NCBI GenBank assembly: GCA_029941565.1
Contig: JAPYRN010000003.1
Span: forward strand, 107,358-171,357
Reading direction: 5' to 3'
DNA from: Candidatus Latescibacterota bacterium
Lineage (GTDB): Bacteria > Latescibacterota > UBA2968 > UBA8231
Length of the DNA stretch: 64,000 nt
Shown here: positions 9,763-19,651 of the stretch, one piece after another
How the letters are laid out: every line of letters starts with the position of its first letter
How positions within the stretch are numbered: position 1 is the first letter of the stretch
Position numbers and translations under genes: made by a program
The notes under the pieces: generated by a model
The model's input: the letters and a program-made list of their open reading frames with translations, nothing else
What the model was told of the DNA's origin: nothing
Databases searched by the model: none

Positions 9763-10335
9763 ATGCGCATCGACGGGGTACCTAACCTTCAGAAGGTTTC
9801 CCAGCCCAATCAGCGCACCGATTCCGCTTGTCCCCGCAACAAAGTGGGGCGAGGTGACGATTCCGTCGAAATCTCCAGTCCTTCAAAGGACGCGGCAGGG
9901 CTGACGGAAGCGCTGAAGGCGGCACCGGAGACAACGAACCCGCGGATTGGCGAAATTCGCGAGCGGGTCCAGTCCGGGTATTACAATTCCGAGGATATTC
10001 GTCGTGAGATTGCCGGCGCCATGCCCGATGCCGAAGGGATCAAGCCCGTCGTCAACGAAGTTGCCGAGGTCCGTGCCGCGCATCGTCAACTCGCCGAAGT
10101 GCCAGATGTGCGCCAGGACCGAGTAGCGGCATCACGGCAGCGCGCCGCGAAGGGTTCTATGATCAACCCGACGTACGCACGCAGACGGCGCAGTCCATCA
10201 TCGACGAGTCTGCGTAAGAAAGATTGTCAACGATCTGGTCAGCCGACCATTTTAGGGCGGCGGATGATAACTTTGAGGGATCGACCTTTTGGTCGGTCCC
10301 TTTTTTCTTTGAGACTCGTTTTCTCTGGGCGCTAA
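9763..10335 (+). CDS. flgM: Anti-sigma-28 factor FlgM homologue with an atypical ~90-aa C-terminal extension
   Basis: The first ~95 aa end in the FlgM C-terminal sigma-28-binding pattern (IGEIRERVQSGYYNSEDIRREIAGAM). The ORF continues to 10335 through a rho-independent terminator at 10277-10310. Confidence 0.6.
   Translation: MRIDGVPNLQKVSQPNQRTDSACPRNKVGRGDDSVEISSPSKDAAGLTEALKAAPETTNPRIGEIRERVQSGYYNSEDIRREIAGAMPDAEGIKPVVNEVAEVRAAHRQLAEVPDVRQDRVAASRQRAAKGSMINPTYARRRRSPSSTSLRKKDCQRSGQPTILGRRMITLRDRPFGRSLFSLRLVFSGR
10277..10310 (+). terminator. Rho-independent terminator: 10-bp stem, 4-nt loop, T-tract
   Basis: GGGATCGACC tttt GGTCGGTCCC forms a 10-bp stem with one G-U pair, followed by TTTTTTCTTT. 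Confidence 0.7.
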
Positions 10336-10336
10336 T

Positions 10337-11281
10337 GTGAGCGAGCAGTCGTTTGTCGGTGTCGATGCGGGGGGGACACGAACCCGGTTGGTCCTCGCTG
10401 ATCATCAGGGTGGTCTTCACGCTAGCGTGGAAGGTGGCCCGGGCGATTATCAGCGCCTCGGAGCGGCGGGAGTCGGTGCTCTTATCACAGAGTTGCTGCA
10501 GCGCCTGCAGCCGGAATTGGTTCCTACCGTGCTCTGCGCTGGGGTCGCCGGTGCGGGACGCGCTCCGGAGCAGCAGGCTTTGTGTGGGGAGCTGGAGAGC
10601 CGGCAGGTGGCTGCACAGATACTCGTGGTCAGCGATGCCCGAGCGGCACTCGAGGGAGCTCACGGTGGGATGGCGGGCCTCGTGTGCATAGCGGGAACGG
10701 GTTCTATGGTATTGGGCCGCAATGCGGCCGGCGAAGAGGCCCGCGCCGGTGGTTGGGGACCCGTATTGGGGGATCAGGGAAGCGCCTATGCGCTGGTCCT
10801 TGAGGGTGTGCGTCGGGCGTTACAGGCTGAGGACGGCAGCGGCGAGGCCACGAGCCTGCAGCGGGATTTGCTCGAGGCGCTGGAGCTTGCCAATTGGACC
10901 GATATCGTCGCCGCTGTCTACGGATCAGGACTCAGCCGTGCCCGTCTCGCCGAGGCCTGTCCCGCCATTTTCGCTGCCGCCCGTAGAGGCGACAGAGTTG
11001 CTGCTGATATCATCGACGCTGCCGCGTATGCTCTTGGAGCCCAGGTCGGCGCTGTCGCTCGCCGTCTGCGACTGACGGCGCCTGTGGCGGTCGCATGTAC
11101 CGGTGGTGTCTTCGCCGAAATCGAGATTCTGCGAGGACCGCTGACCAGGGGTGCCGGTGGCGTGGCTCTCGCACTCCGGCCACCAAGGCTCCCGGGGTGT
11201 CTGGGAGCACTCTTGCTCGCCATGGGCGAGGGCACCGTCAACGTGCCGGAATCCGTCATCTCCAACTGGATCATGCCTTGA
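10337..11281 (+). CDS. BadF/BadG/BcrA/BcrD-type ATPase (N-acetylglucosamine kinase-like)
   Basis: GTG start. The N-terminal FVGVDAGGTRTRLVL phosphate-1 motif and IAGTGS match the ASKHA sugar-kinase fold. Confidence 0.7.
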   Translation: MSEQSFVGVDAGGTRTRLVLADHQGGLHASVEGGPGDYQRLGAAGVGALITELLQRLQPELVPTVLCAGVAGAGRAPEQQALCGELESRQVAAQILVVSDARAALEGAHGGMAGLVCIAGTGSMVLGRNAAGEEARAGGWGPVLGDQGSAYALVLEGVRRALQAEDGSGEATSLQRDLLEALELANWTDIVAAVYGSGLSRARLAEACPAIFAAARRGDRVAADIIDAAAYALGAQVGAVARRLRLTAPVAVACTGGVFAEIEILRGPLTRGAGGVALALRPPRLPGCLGALLLAMGEGTVNVPESVISNWIMP

Positions 11282-11386
11282 CAGATCAGGCCACCTGGTT
11301 ACTTTCGGCTGTCTGTGTCGGAGGGCGCGAGCCGTCTGGCCAAACCCCCCGTATTTTAAACTGGTTAGGCACGATTTCCCTACAGG

Positions 11387-12424
11387 GTGCAGAGCGTGGT
11401 TCGTGAAGTCCTGAGCGATCGCGAAGAGCAGGTGCTGGCAGCGTTGGTGCGCGCCCATGTTGAACTCGGCGTAGCGATAGGTTCTGCGAGTCTGCTAAAG
11501 CGGGAACAACTCGACGTCAGTCCGGCGACGATCCGCAAGACGCTCGTGAGTCTTGAGGTGAAAGGGTTTGTCCGCCAGCTGCACACATCGGCGGGACGTA
11601 TACCCACCAACAAGGCGTACCGATTTTACACCACCTTCGCTCTCGGACGTGGGGCGGCTGCAGGGGGCACGGCCCTTGGCACGCTGGGTGATCAGATTGA
11701 GGCGAGACTGCAGCAGGCCTCCACCGACGAGATTCACGGGCAGCTCGCCGAGATTATCGGCGGTCTGTCGATGCAACTCGGCCTCGTGCTGGCGCCGAAC
11801 TTCGAGCAGGTCCGCGTCGCCCATCTGGAACTGGTGCGTCTCGCCGAGGCGCGAATGCTCCTGGTTGTGGCCCTGGAGACCGGGCCGGTTCGCAGTCTGG
11901 TCATCGAAGTGGGCACCACCGCCGATGCCCGTGAGATCGCTGGCATCTCGGTGCGTCTCAATGAACGGCTGGCGGGTCTGACCGTGTGGGAGGTGCGCGC
12001 TACAGTACGCGAACGCATTCGCGAACTGGGCGCAGGTTTCGAACCCGAATTGTTACGAGCCGTCGTCGATGAGATCGAGACGTTGACGGCCCCGCCAAAA
12101 GACTCCCTGCACGTTGCCGGCGCCCGTAATATCTGCGTGCAGCCCGAATTTCGCGATGCCACCGACGTCGCCGATCTATTCGATCTGGTCGAGCATCGCG
12201 AGATCCTTGCTGGGTTGTTGTCAGACCGTGAGGGTGTCGTCGTCACAATAGGGGATGAGAATGAGCGTCGCGAACTGCGCCTCTGCAGTCTCGTGACAGC
12301 CAGCTATCAGGTGCACGGCGCCATCGGCGTCGTCGGTGTCATGGGGCCCACCCGGATGCCATACGATCGCGTCGTGGCCCTGGTAAACTACGCCGCTGCC
12401 CGCGCGCCGGATCTGGTCAGCTAG
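11387..12424 (+). CDS. hrcA: Heat-inducible transcriptional repressor HrcA
   Basis: 345 aa with a winged-helix N-terminus (SDREEQVLAALVRAHVELGVAIGSASL). Gene order hrcA-grpE-dnaK-dnaJ. Confidence 0.9.
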   Translation: MQSVVREVLSDREEQVLAALVRAHVELGVAIGSASLLKREQLDVSPATIRKTLVSLEVKGFVRQLHTSAGRIPTNKAYRFYTTFALGRGAAAGGTALGTLGDQIEARLQQASTDEIHGQLAEIIGGLSMQLGLVLAPNFEQVRVAHLELVRLAEARMLLVVALETGPVRSLVIEVGTTADAREIAGISVRLNERLAGLTVWEVRATVRERIRELGAGFEPELLRAVVDEIETLTAPPKDSLHVAGARNICVQPEFRDATDVADLFDLVEHREILAGLLSDREGVVVTIGDENERRELRLCSLVTASYQVHGAIGVVGVMGPTRMPYDRVVALVNYAAARAPDLVS

Positions 12425-12473
12425 CACAGAACCCGATCGGTCCGCAGATCCAGTACATACACGACAATCAGTT

Positions 12474-13115
12474 GTGGCTAAAAGAGTGGAAAAGATGAGT
12501 ATCGAAGATGACGAGAAGGGGGTGGACGTCGAGGGTGAGATCGACGAGTCCGTAGCCGAATCGGCCGAGACAGAGTCGCCCGAGGCCGTAGAAATACCCG
12601 AGATCGACAAGGTCAGGGCGGAGGCCGTGGAGAATCGTGACCGATACCTCCGCGCGGTAGCTGAACTCGACAACTTCCGCAAACGAACCGTAAAGATGCG
12701 GGCCGAAACCCGGGATGACACACTGCGGGATGTGTTACTGCAGATCGGCCCCATGCTCGATAACTTCCGCAGAGCACTGGGTCAGGAGACCGAGGATGTC
12801 CCCTCCTTTCGGCAGGGCATCGAGATTATTTTCAAGCAATTCAACGACATCCTCTCAGGTTATGGTCTTATCGAGATTCAGGCCGATGGCCAGCCCTTTG
12901 ATCCGAATCTGCACGAGGCCCTGGCTCAGGTGCCAAGCGCCGAGCATCCACCGGGCACGGTGATGCAGGAGATGGAAAAAGGGTACATGCTCAACGATCG
13001 TGTCGTTCGTCCAGCACGTGTCGTTGTCAGTACGGCGATGGAGGACGAGGGCAACAACGATGGCGATCAGCAAGCCGATGATCAGCAAGCTGACATTAAT
13101 GATGGAAAGGCGTAG
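12474..13115 (+). CDS. grpE: Nucleotide exchange factor GrpE
   Basis: An acidic N-terminus then the GrpE core ([19 protein letters not shown]...[10 protein letters not shown]). An alternative start Met lies at 12495. Confidence 0.9.
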   Translation: MAKRVEKMSIEDDEKGVDVEGEIDESVAESAETESPEAVEIPEIDKVRAEAVENRDRYLRAVAELDNFRKRTVKMRAETRDDTLRDVLLQIGPMLDNFRRALGQETEDVPSFRQGIEIIFKQFNDILSGYGLIEIQADGQPFDPNLHEALAQVPSAEHPPGTVMQEMEKGYMLNDRVVRPARVVVSTAMEDEGNNDGDQQADDQQADINDGKA

Positions 13116-13126
13116 GTAGAAGGAAG

Positions 13127-15076
13127 ATGGGCAAGGTCATAGGAATCGATTTGGGCACGACGAATTCGTGCGTGGCGGTGATGGAGGGTGGCGAACCGGA
13201 GGTGATCTCCAACTCGGAGGGTGGTCGAACGACACCATCGATGGTCGGTTTCGCCAAGGATGGCGAACGACTGGTCGGTCAGACGGCGAAGCGCCAGGCC
13301 GTCACCAATCCGACGAACACGGTGTTCAGCATCAAGCGCTTTATGGGGCGCCGTTTCGACGAGGTGCCTCAGGAACTCAAGGAAGTCCCATACACCGTCC
13401 AGATAGGCGGACGGGATCTGGCGGTGGCCGAGATCGATGGCAAGGAGTACTCGCCACCTGAGATTTCGGCGATGGTGTTGCAGAAGATGAAAGCCACGGC
13501 GGAGGACTATCTGGGCGAAGAGGTGACCCAGGCGGTGATCACCGTGCCGGCCTATTTCAATGACTCCCAGCGTCAGGCAACAAAAGATGCGGGCCAGATC
13601 GCCGGTCTTGAGGTTTTACGCATCGTCAACGAACCGACGGCGGCGGCGCTGGCCTACGGCTTGGACAAGAAGGACACAACGGAAAAAATCGCGGTTTACG
13701 ATCTGGGTGGTGGCACATTCGATATCAGCATACTTGAGTTGGGCGACGGCGTCTTCGAGGTGAAATCAACCAATGGGGACACACACCTAGGCGGAGATGA
13801 TTTCGATCAGCGGGTGATCGACTGGATTGCAGCTGAGTTTCAGACTGCGGAAGGCATCGATCTGCGGCAGGATGCCATGGCTCTGCAGCGCCTGAAAGAA
13901 GCGGCTGAAAAGGCCAAGTGTGAGCTATCAGGCTCCGGCACCACAGAGATCAACCTGCCATTCATCACCGCAGATCAGACCGGCCCCAAGCACGTGCAGA
14001 TGAGTCTGAGTCGGTCAAAGTTCGAGCAATTGGTCGAGGACCTGGTGGAACGCACCAAAGGGCCGTGTCAGCAAGCGCTGAAGGATGCGGGTCTGCCGGC
14101 ATCCGAGATCAACGAGGTCATTCTCGTGGGTGGGTCGACCCGCATGCCAAAGGTCCAGGAGGCGGTGCAGACTGTGTTTGGTCGCGAACCGCACCGTGGC
14201 GTCAACCCTGATGAAGTCGTTGCCCTGGGGGCGGCGATCCAGGCGGGGGTGTTGGCCGGCGATGTCGATGATGTGCTGCTGCTCGATGTGACACCCTTGT
14301 CTTTCGGCATCGAGACGATGGGGGGTGTGATGACGAAGCTCATCGAACGCAACACGACAATCCCAACGAAGAAGAGCCAGATCTTTTCCACCGCCGCCGA
14401 CAACCAGCCGAGTGTTGAAGTACACGTGTTGCAGGGGGATCGCGAATTTGCCAACGACAACCGCACCCTCGGCCGATTTCATTTGGACGGGATTCCGTCG
14501 GCACCCCGTGGCATGCCGCAGATCGAAGTTTCCTTCGACATCGACGCCAACGGCATTCTGAATGTGTCGGCAAAGGACAAGGGCACAAACAAAGAGCAGT
14601 CGATCCGCATCGAGGCTTCCAGCGGACTGTCGTCGGAAGAGATTGAACAGATGCAGAAGGATGCCGAGGCCAACGCCGAAGCGGATAAAACGCGTCGACA
14701 AGCAGTGGACAAGCGGAACGAGGCCGATCAATTGGTTTACGCCACAGAAAAGTCCCTGGCCGAACATGGGGACAAGCTGTCAGAGGAGGATCGTAAGCCG
14801 GTGGAGGCCGCCCTCGAAGAGACGAAGAAAGCTTTGGAGGGAGAGGATGTCGATGCCATCGCCGCAGCGGTGACGCAACTGCATGAGTCCTCCCACAAAC
14901 TCGCTGAAGCAGTCTATGCCGATGTCGAGCAACAAGCGGCCGAGCAAGGTGCCCCGGAGGCAGGTGGACAACCGGATTCGGCGGCCGATGACGACGGTGT
15001 CGTAGATGCCGACTTCGAGGTCGTTGAGGACACCGGTGAGAACGCCAATGGCGACTCGAAGGACGAGAAGAAGTAG
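13127..15076 (+). CDS. dnaK: Molecular chaperone DnaK (Hsp70)
   Basis: 649 aa with [21 protein letters not shown] and other canonical Hsp70 motifs. Confidence 0.97.
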   Translation: MGKVIGIDLGTTNSCVAVMEGGEPEVISNSEGGRTTPSMVGFAKDGERLVGQTAKRQAVTNPTNTVFSIKRFMGRRFDEVPQELKEVPYTVQIGGRDLAVAEIDGKEYSPPEISAMVLQKMKATAEDYLGEEVTQAVITVPAYFNDSQRQATKDAGQIAGLEVLRIVNEPTAAALAYGLDKKDTTEKIAVYDLGGGTFDISILELGDGVFEVKSTNGDTHLGGDDFDQRVIDWIAAEFQTAEGIDLRQDAMALQRLKEAAEKAKCELSGSGTTEINLPFITADQTGPKHVQMSLSRSKFEQLVEDLVERTKGPCQQALKDAGLPASEINEVILVGGSTRMPKVQEAVQTVFGREPHRGVNPDEVVALGAAIQAGVLAGDVDDVLLLDVTPLSFGIETMGGVMTKLIERNTTIPTKKSQIFSTAADNQPSVEVHVLQGDREFANDNRTLGRFHLDGIPSAPRGMPQIEVSFDIDANGILNVSAKDKGTNKEQSIRIEASSGLSSEEIEQMQKDAEANAEADKTRRQAVDKRNEADQLVYATEKSLAEHGDKLSEEDRKPVEAALEETKKALEGEDVDAIAAAVTQLHESSHKLAEAVYADVEQQAAEQGAPEAGGQPDSAADDDGVVDADFEVVEDTGENANGDSKDEKK

Positions 15077-15094
15077 AAGATACGGATCGACAGA

Positions 15095-16240
15095 ATGGAA
15101 AAACGTGACTATTACGAGGTGCTCGGTCTACAGCAAGGGGCGGACTCGGCAGCGATCAAAAGCTCCTACCGCAAGCTGGCGCTAAAATATCACCCTGACC
15201 GAAATCCGGACGACGCGGCGGCGGAAGCAAAGTTCAAAGAGGCTTCCGAGGCGTACGAGGTCCTCAGCGACGACGACAAGCGTGCCAAGTATGACCGATT
15301 CGGTCATGCTGGGGTGGAGAACAACTTCGGTCAGGGGGGCTTCCAGTGGTCGGATTTCTCTCATGCAACCGATTTCGAGGATATTTTCGGTGACGTCTTT
15401 GGCAATCTCTTCAGTGGTGGTGGCCGTGGTCGGTCACGCGGTCCCTCTGGGCCACCGAAAGGACGGGACCTTCGCATCACTCTTGAGTTGAGTCTTGAGG
15501 AGGTCGCACAGGGCGTCGAAAAGAAGATCAATCTGAACAGGCAGCAGCGCTGCAAGGTCTGCGATGGCGCCGGTGCCGCCCCCGGTGCGCAGACCGAGCC
15601 CTGTGGTACCTGCAATGGCATCGGTCAGGTGCAACAGGTATCGAGATCATTCTTTGGTCAGTCCGTCACCGTCACCGCCTGTCCGACTTGTTCTGGAGAA
15701 GGCAAGATCATCTCCGATCCATGTCGGGAATGTTCCGGCGAGGGGCGGGTTCGCGAGACGGCGTCGATCACGGTGCGTATCCCGGCAGGCGTCAGTACGG
15801 GGAACTATATCCCCCTGCGTGGCCAGGGGGACGTGGGGTCACGAGGCGGTCTCGCCGGTGATTGTCTGGTCTTTATCGAGGAACTGGAGCACGACCAATT
15901 CACCCGTGAAGGCAACGACATCCTGCTGCGACTGCCCGTAACGATCAGCCAGGCGGCTCTGGGAGACGACGTGGAGGTACAGACCCTGCACGGAGTGGTC
16001 AAGATGAAGATCCCCGAGGGTACCCAGGCTGGTCGCGTCTTTCGCCTGCGTGGCAAGGGGGTGCCAGACGTCGATGGTCGCGGTCATGGTGATGAACTCG
16101 TAGAGGTGATCATCTGGACGCCGACCGACCTCAACTCTGAGGAGCGACAGTTGCTTGAACGGCTCGACGAAATCCAGCAACAGCGGGCAGCAAATGAAGG
16201 CAAGGGCTTTCTCGATCGAATGCTGGAAGCGCTGAGCTGA
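15095..16240 (+). CDS. dnaJ: Molecular chaperone DnaJ
   Basis: J-domain (KYHPDRN), G/F region and four CxxCxGxG zinc-finger repeats. Confidence 0.95.
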   Translation: MEKRDYYEVLGLQQGADSAAIKSSYRKLALKYHPDRNPDDAAAEAKFKEASEAYEVLSDDDKRAKYDRFGHAGVENNFGQGGFQWSDFSHATDFEDIFGDVFGNLFSGGGRGRSRGPSGPPKGRDLRITLELSLEEVAQGVEKKINLNRQQRCKVCDGAGAAPGAQTEPCGTCNGIGQVQQVSRSFFGQSVTVTACPTCSGEGKIISDPCRECSGEGRVRETASITVRIPAGVSTGNYIPLRGQGDVGSRGGLAGDCLVFIEELEHDQFTREGNDILLRLPVTISQAALGDDVEVQTLHGVVKMKIPEGTQAGRVFRLRGKGVPDVDGRGHGDELVEVIIWTPTDLNSEERQLLERLDEIQQQRAANEGKGFLDRMLEALS

Positions 16241-16253
16241 GCAGCGACAGAGG

Positions 16254-17051
16254 ATGTCATTCCCGCGCACACTCCCGGAGGGATCTACGACGCTACCCGG
16301 TGTGGCCAACGTTGTCGCCGTCTCTGCCGCCAAGGGAGGCGTCGGCAAGTCGACGGTAGCAGTCAACCTGGCTCTTTCCATGGTGCAGGAGGGCGCGCGG
16401 GTGGGACTGCTTGACGCCGACATCTACGGCCCCAGCCTGCCCGTGCTGACGGGCGTCCGCGACGAACCAGAAGTCAGAGACGGCGACCGCATACAGCCGC
16501 TTTACGTCCATGACATGGCACTGATGTCGATGGGATTTCTCGCCGGGCAGGATGCCCCCGTTATCTGGCGCGGGCCGTTGTTGGCGCAGGCGGTGCAGCA
16601 GTTCCTGCAACAGGTCGATTGGGGTGAACTCGACATCCTTATTCTCGATATGCCACCGGGAACCGGCGACATCCCACTGACTCTGAGTCAGGCCGTTGCC
16701 ATGAGCGGAGCTGTCGTCGTCACGACCCCACAGAGTGTCGCGTTGCAGGACGTGGAACGCGGCATGGCGATGTTTGACAAGGTCGATGTCGATATTCTGG
16801 GCCTCGTCGAGAATATGAGCTACTACCTCTGTCCCACCTGCGACAAGCGCCATGAGATCTTTGGTCACGGTGGAGGTCGACAGACGGCTGAGCGCCTCGA
16901 TATCGATTTCCTCGGTGAGATTCCACTCGACGCGGCGATCCGCGAGGGTGGTGATCGTGGCGAACCGACGGTGCTCGCTGAACCGGAATCCCCGCGAGGC
17001 CAAGCCTTTGCCAGCATCGCGCGCGGAGTTGTAGCCGCGTTATCGGGCTGA
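16254..17051 (+). CDS. apbC: Fe-S cluster carrier ATPase Mrp/ApbC (NBP35 family)
   Basis: P-loop SAAKGGVGKST and a CPTC motif (YYLCPTCDKRHEIFG). Confidence 0.9.
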   Translation: MSFPRTLPEGSTTLPGVANVVAVSAAKGGVGKSTVAVNLALSMVQEGARVGLLDADIYGPSLPVLTGVRDEPEVRDGDRIQPLYVHDMALMSMGFLAGQDAPVIWRGPLLAQAVQQFLQQVDWGELDILILDMPPGTGDIPLTLSQAVAMSGAVVVTTPQSVALQDVERGMAMFDKVDVDILGLVENMSYYLCPTCDKRHEIFGHGGGRQTAERLDIDFLGEIPLDAAIREGGDRGEPTVLAEPESPRGQAFASIARGVVAALSG

Positions 17052-17070
17052 TTGGGGAGGGACCTGGGCC

Positions 17071-17469
17071 ATGCGCAGTTGGGCCCGACATCGATCACTC
17101 TGGATCCTACCCTTCGGCACGACCTGCTGCGCCGCTGATCTGGCGGCCGTTTTTGGCCCGGACCATGATCTGGGTCGCCTCGGGGCGCGCCTCGTCTACG
17201 AACCCGCTCAGGCGGACGTGCTCGTCGTCGCGGGACGGGTGACTCGGGCGCTGGCGCCCGAGTTGCGCCGGCTCTACGACGGCATGTATGAGCCCCGAGG
17301 AGTCATTGCATTTGGTGCCTGTGCGTGTACTGGGGGGGCCTGGGTGGGTAAAGAGGTCCCAGGGGGTGCTGATACCGTAATCCCCGTAAACACCTATGTC
17401 CCGGGCTGTCCGCCGCCCCCTGATGCTCTTGTACAGGCGCTCACCCAGGTCGTGGAGAGCTTTGCCTGA
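17071..17469 (+). CDS. Standalone NuoB-like [4Fe-4S] protein (NADH:quinone oxidoreductase 20-kDa subunit fold / [NiFe]-hydrogenase small-subunit-like)
   Basis: 132 aa. LWILPFGTTCCAAD...VVAGRVT...GACAC...YVPGCPP retains all four NuoB N2-cluster cysteine positions. No other nuo or hydrogenase genes are adjacent. Confidence 0.65.
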   Translation: MRSWARHRSLWILPFGTTCCAADLAAVFGPDHDLGRLGARLVYEPAQADVLVVAGRVTRALAPELRRLYDGMYEPRGVIAFGACACTGGAWVGKEVPGGADTVIPVNTYVPGCPPPPDALVQALTQVVESFA

Positions 17470-17542
17470 GCTTGCCGGTTTTGGCGAGGTCTGGCTATCT
17501 TGCAAAAAGTCTCCTGATTCCCCAACGGAAGACGAACCAATA

Positions 17543-18445
17543 GTGGTTTCCGAACAACATCCGACCACCTGTCGAAGTTGGCCTTTTGCGGTGCTCGTCG
17601 TGCCTCGTGGACCGGCGGATGAGATTGCCTCCGAGTGCTTCGAGTTGGGCAGTTGCGGTGTACATCTCGAGGAGGCCGGCGAGCGCACTCGTCTCAACGT
17701 CTACTTCGAAGCCCCGGCGAGCGATCTCGAGATCATAGGTGATCGACTCGTACAGGGTTTACAGCAAGCCGGACGGTGGCCTGCTGGTTCACAGCGACTG
17801 ATTGGGGACGTCGAACTCGAGCAGAATTGGAACGAGGCGTGGAAGCAGTTCTACCACCCAGTCTGGGCGACCGAACAAATCGTCGTGCACCCGCCGTGGC
17901 TTCCCGTAGAGATTGGTCCCGAGCAGATGGCGATCGCCATCGAGCCAGCCATGGCTTTCGGCACCGGCGGGCATGAGTCTACACAACTTGCATTACAGGC
18001 TGTCGAACATTCCGAGTGTGGTGGTCGTCGCTGTCTGGATATCGGCACCGGGACCGGAATATTGAGTATCGCTCTGGTGAAACTTGGCGCCAGCAATGTC
18101 ATCGCCATCGACAACGACCCAGTCGTCATCGACAACGCGAACACGAATCTGCGCGACAACCTGGGACCTGAAGTCGCGCGCGTACAGCTGCTGTCGGGAA
18201 GCATCGATACCATCGAAGGGGTGACATTCGACTTGATTGTCGCCAATCTCGAGAGCCATCTCGTCATGCCGTTGCTGCCAGCCATCGTCATAGCTCTGAG
18301 AGAGGGGGGCACCGCCCTGTTCTCAGGCCTCGTCGAGACCGAGCGAGATCGCTTCCTTGCCTGGCTGCAGCAGGCGGGTCTGAGGGTTGATGGTACATGG
18401 TCCAAGAACAACTGGTTCAGTTGCCGATCGCGTCGGAACCCCTAG
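17543..18445 (+). CDS. prmA: Ribosomal protein L11 methyltransferase PrmA
   Basis: Track ORF 17396..18445. The proposed GTG start at 17543 avoids a 74-nt overlap with the upstream gene. Motifs AFGTGGHESTQL and DIGTGTGILSIALVKLGA (SAM binding). Confidence 0.8.
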   Translation: MVSEQHPTTCRSWPFAVLVVPRGPADEIASECFELGSCGVHLEEAGERTRLNVYFEAPASDLEIIGDRLVQGLQQAGRWPAGSQRLIGDVELEQNWNEAWKQFYHPVWATEQIVVHPPWLPVEIGPEQMAIAIEPAMAFGTGGHESTQLALQAVEHSECGGRRCLDIGTGTGILSIALVKLGASNVIAIDNDPVVIDNANTNLRDNLGPEVARVQLLSGSIDTIEGVTFDLIVANLESHLVMPLLPAIVIALREGGTALFSGLVETERDRFLAWLQQAGLRVDGTWSKNNWFSCRSRRNP

Positions 18446-19194
18446 TGGCGGGAGCCTTTTTTGTCGAGACCGACGCCGTCGATGGTGATCGCCTCCTGCT
18501 GGTTGAAGAGGAGGCCCACCATGTCCGGGTCCGTCGGTACCGAGAGGGGGACATGATCGATGTGATCGATGGTGAAGGTTGTGCATATCGCGTTCGAATC
18601 GATGGGATGACAGGCAAACGGGTAGAGGCGCAGATCGTGGAGCGGCACCTGGAGTGGGGGGAGAGTCCCGTCTGTTTGCACCTGGCCGCCGCCGTACCAA
18701 AGGGCTCGCGTTTCGATCTGGTGATCGAAAAAGGAACGGAGGTCGGTGTTGCGTCCATCTTTCCCGTATTGACGGAGCGTGGCGTAGCGCGCCCAGCTGG
18801 CGACAGTCGTCGCGTCGATCGCTGGCACCGTCTTGCACGGGAGGCAGCAAAGCAGTGTGGCCGCAGTCGCGTGCCCAGACTCTCTGAGCCTATGGCGCTG
18901 CCAATCGTCGCCGATGCATTGGCAAGGCAATGTCGCCGCCTGCTTGTGGCCAGCGCCGCGGGGGCTATGCCGTTGGCGGAGGCGTTGTCGGGAGAGAACG
19001 GGCCGATTGGCCTGTTCATCGGCCCGGAAGGTGGCTTCGAATCAGCCGAATACGCTGCGCTCGAGGAACGGGGTGCCCGCGCCTTTACCTGGGGTGAGCG
19101 AGTACTGCGGGCAGAGACGGCGGCGATCGTACTGTCAACTCTCGTACTCGACACCGTGGCGAGACGAATTGTTCGTATCCCGAAGGAGGCATGA
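18397..19194 (+). CDS. rsmE: 16S rRNA (uracil1498-N3)-methyltransferase RsmE
   Basis: PUA-like N-terminus ([21 protein letters not shown]) and SPOUT C-terminus ([23 protein letters not shown]). Confidence 0.8.
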   Translation: MVQEQLVQLPIASEPLVAGAFFVETDAVDGDRLLLVEEEAHHVRVRRYREGDMIDVIDGEGCAYRVRIDGMTGKRVEAQIVERHLEWGESPVCLHLAAAVPKGSRFDLVIEKGTEVGVASIFPVLTERGVARPAGDSRRVDRWHRLAREAAKQCGRSRVPRLSEPMALPIVADALARQCRRLLVASAAGAMPLAEALSGENGPIGLFIGPEGGFESAEYAALEERGARAFTWGERVLRAETAAIVLSTLVLDTVARRIVRIPKEA

Positions 19195-19198
19195 ATCA

Positions 19199-19651
19199 GT
19201 GTCAGATACCATTCTCGTCCTCAATGGTCCCAATCTGAACCGGCTTGGAACACGCGAGCCCGAGGTCTATGGCATGCTGACCCTGAAGCAGATCGAGACG
19301 GAGGTACAGGCAGAGGCCACAGCGCTCGGTGTTGCGATCCGTTGGCTACAGTCAAACCACGAAGGCATTCTCATCGATGCCATCCACGAAGCAGCGGATC
19401 TCGCCTCGGGTATCCTTTTCAACCCAGGCGCTTTCACTCACTACAGTATCGCCCTGCGGGACGCCGTCGCCGCCGTGGGCCTGCCGACAGTCGAAGTGCA
19501 TCTGTCGAATGTGCACGCCCGTGAAAGCTTCCGTCACACCTCCGTTATTGCGCCTGTCTGCATTGGCCAGATCGCCGGCTTTGGCGTGCAGAGCTATCTG
19601 CTGGGGTTACGCGCCCTGGTCCGCCACCTCGACCAAGGGCGTGAATCATGA
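19199..19651 (+). CDS. aroQ: 3-dehydroquinate dehydratase, type II
   Basis: GTG start with GAAGGAGG 10 nt upstream. [21 protein letters not shown]...[13 protein letters not shown]. Confidence 0.85.
   Translation: MSDTILVLNGPNLNRLGTREPEVYGMLTLKQIETEVQAEATALGVAIRWLQSNHEGILIDAIHEAADLASGILFNPGAFTHYSIALRDAVAAVGLPTVEVHLSNVHARESFRHTSVIAPVCIGQIAGFGVQSYLLGLRALVRHLDQGRES

Noticed and set aside
11365-11393. Possible CIRCE operator (TTAGGCACG-N11-GGGTGCAGA) overlapping the hrcA start
   Set aside because: Only about 5-7 of 9 positions match TTAGCACTC-N9-GAGTGCTAA and the spacing is wrong. It is probably coincidental; the true CIRCE is likely upstream of groESL elsewhere.
14015-14767. 250-aa and other minus-strand ORFs inside dnaK, dnaJ, ftsI, murE/murF and the metalloprotease gene
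   Set aside because: These are antisense shadows of well-supported, highly conserved genes, as expected in a ~65% GC sequence.
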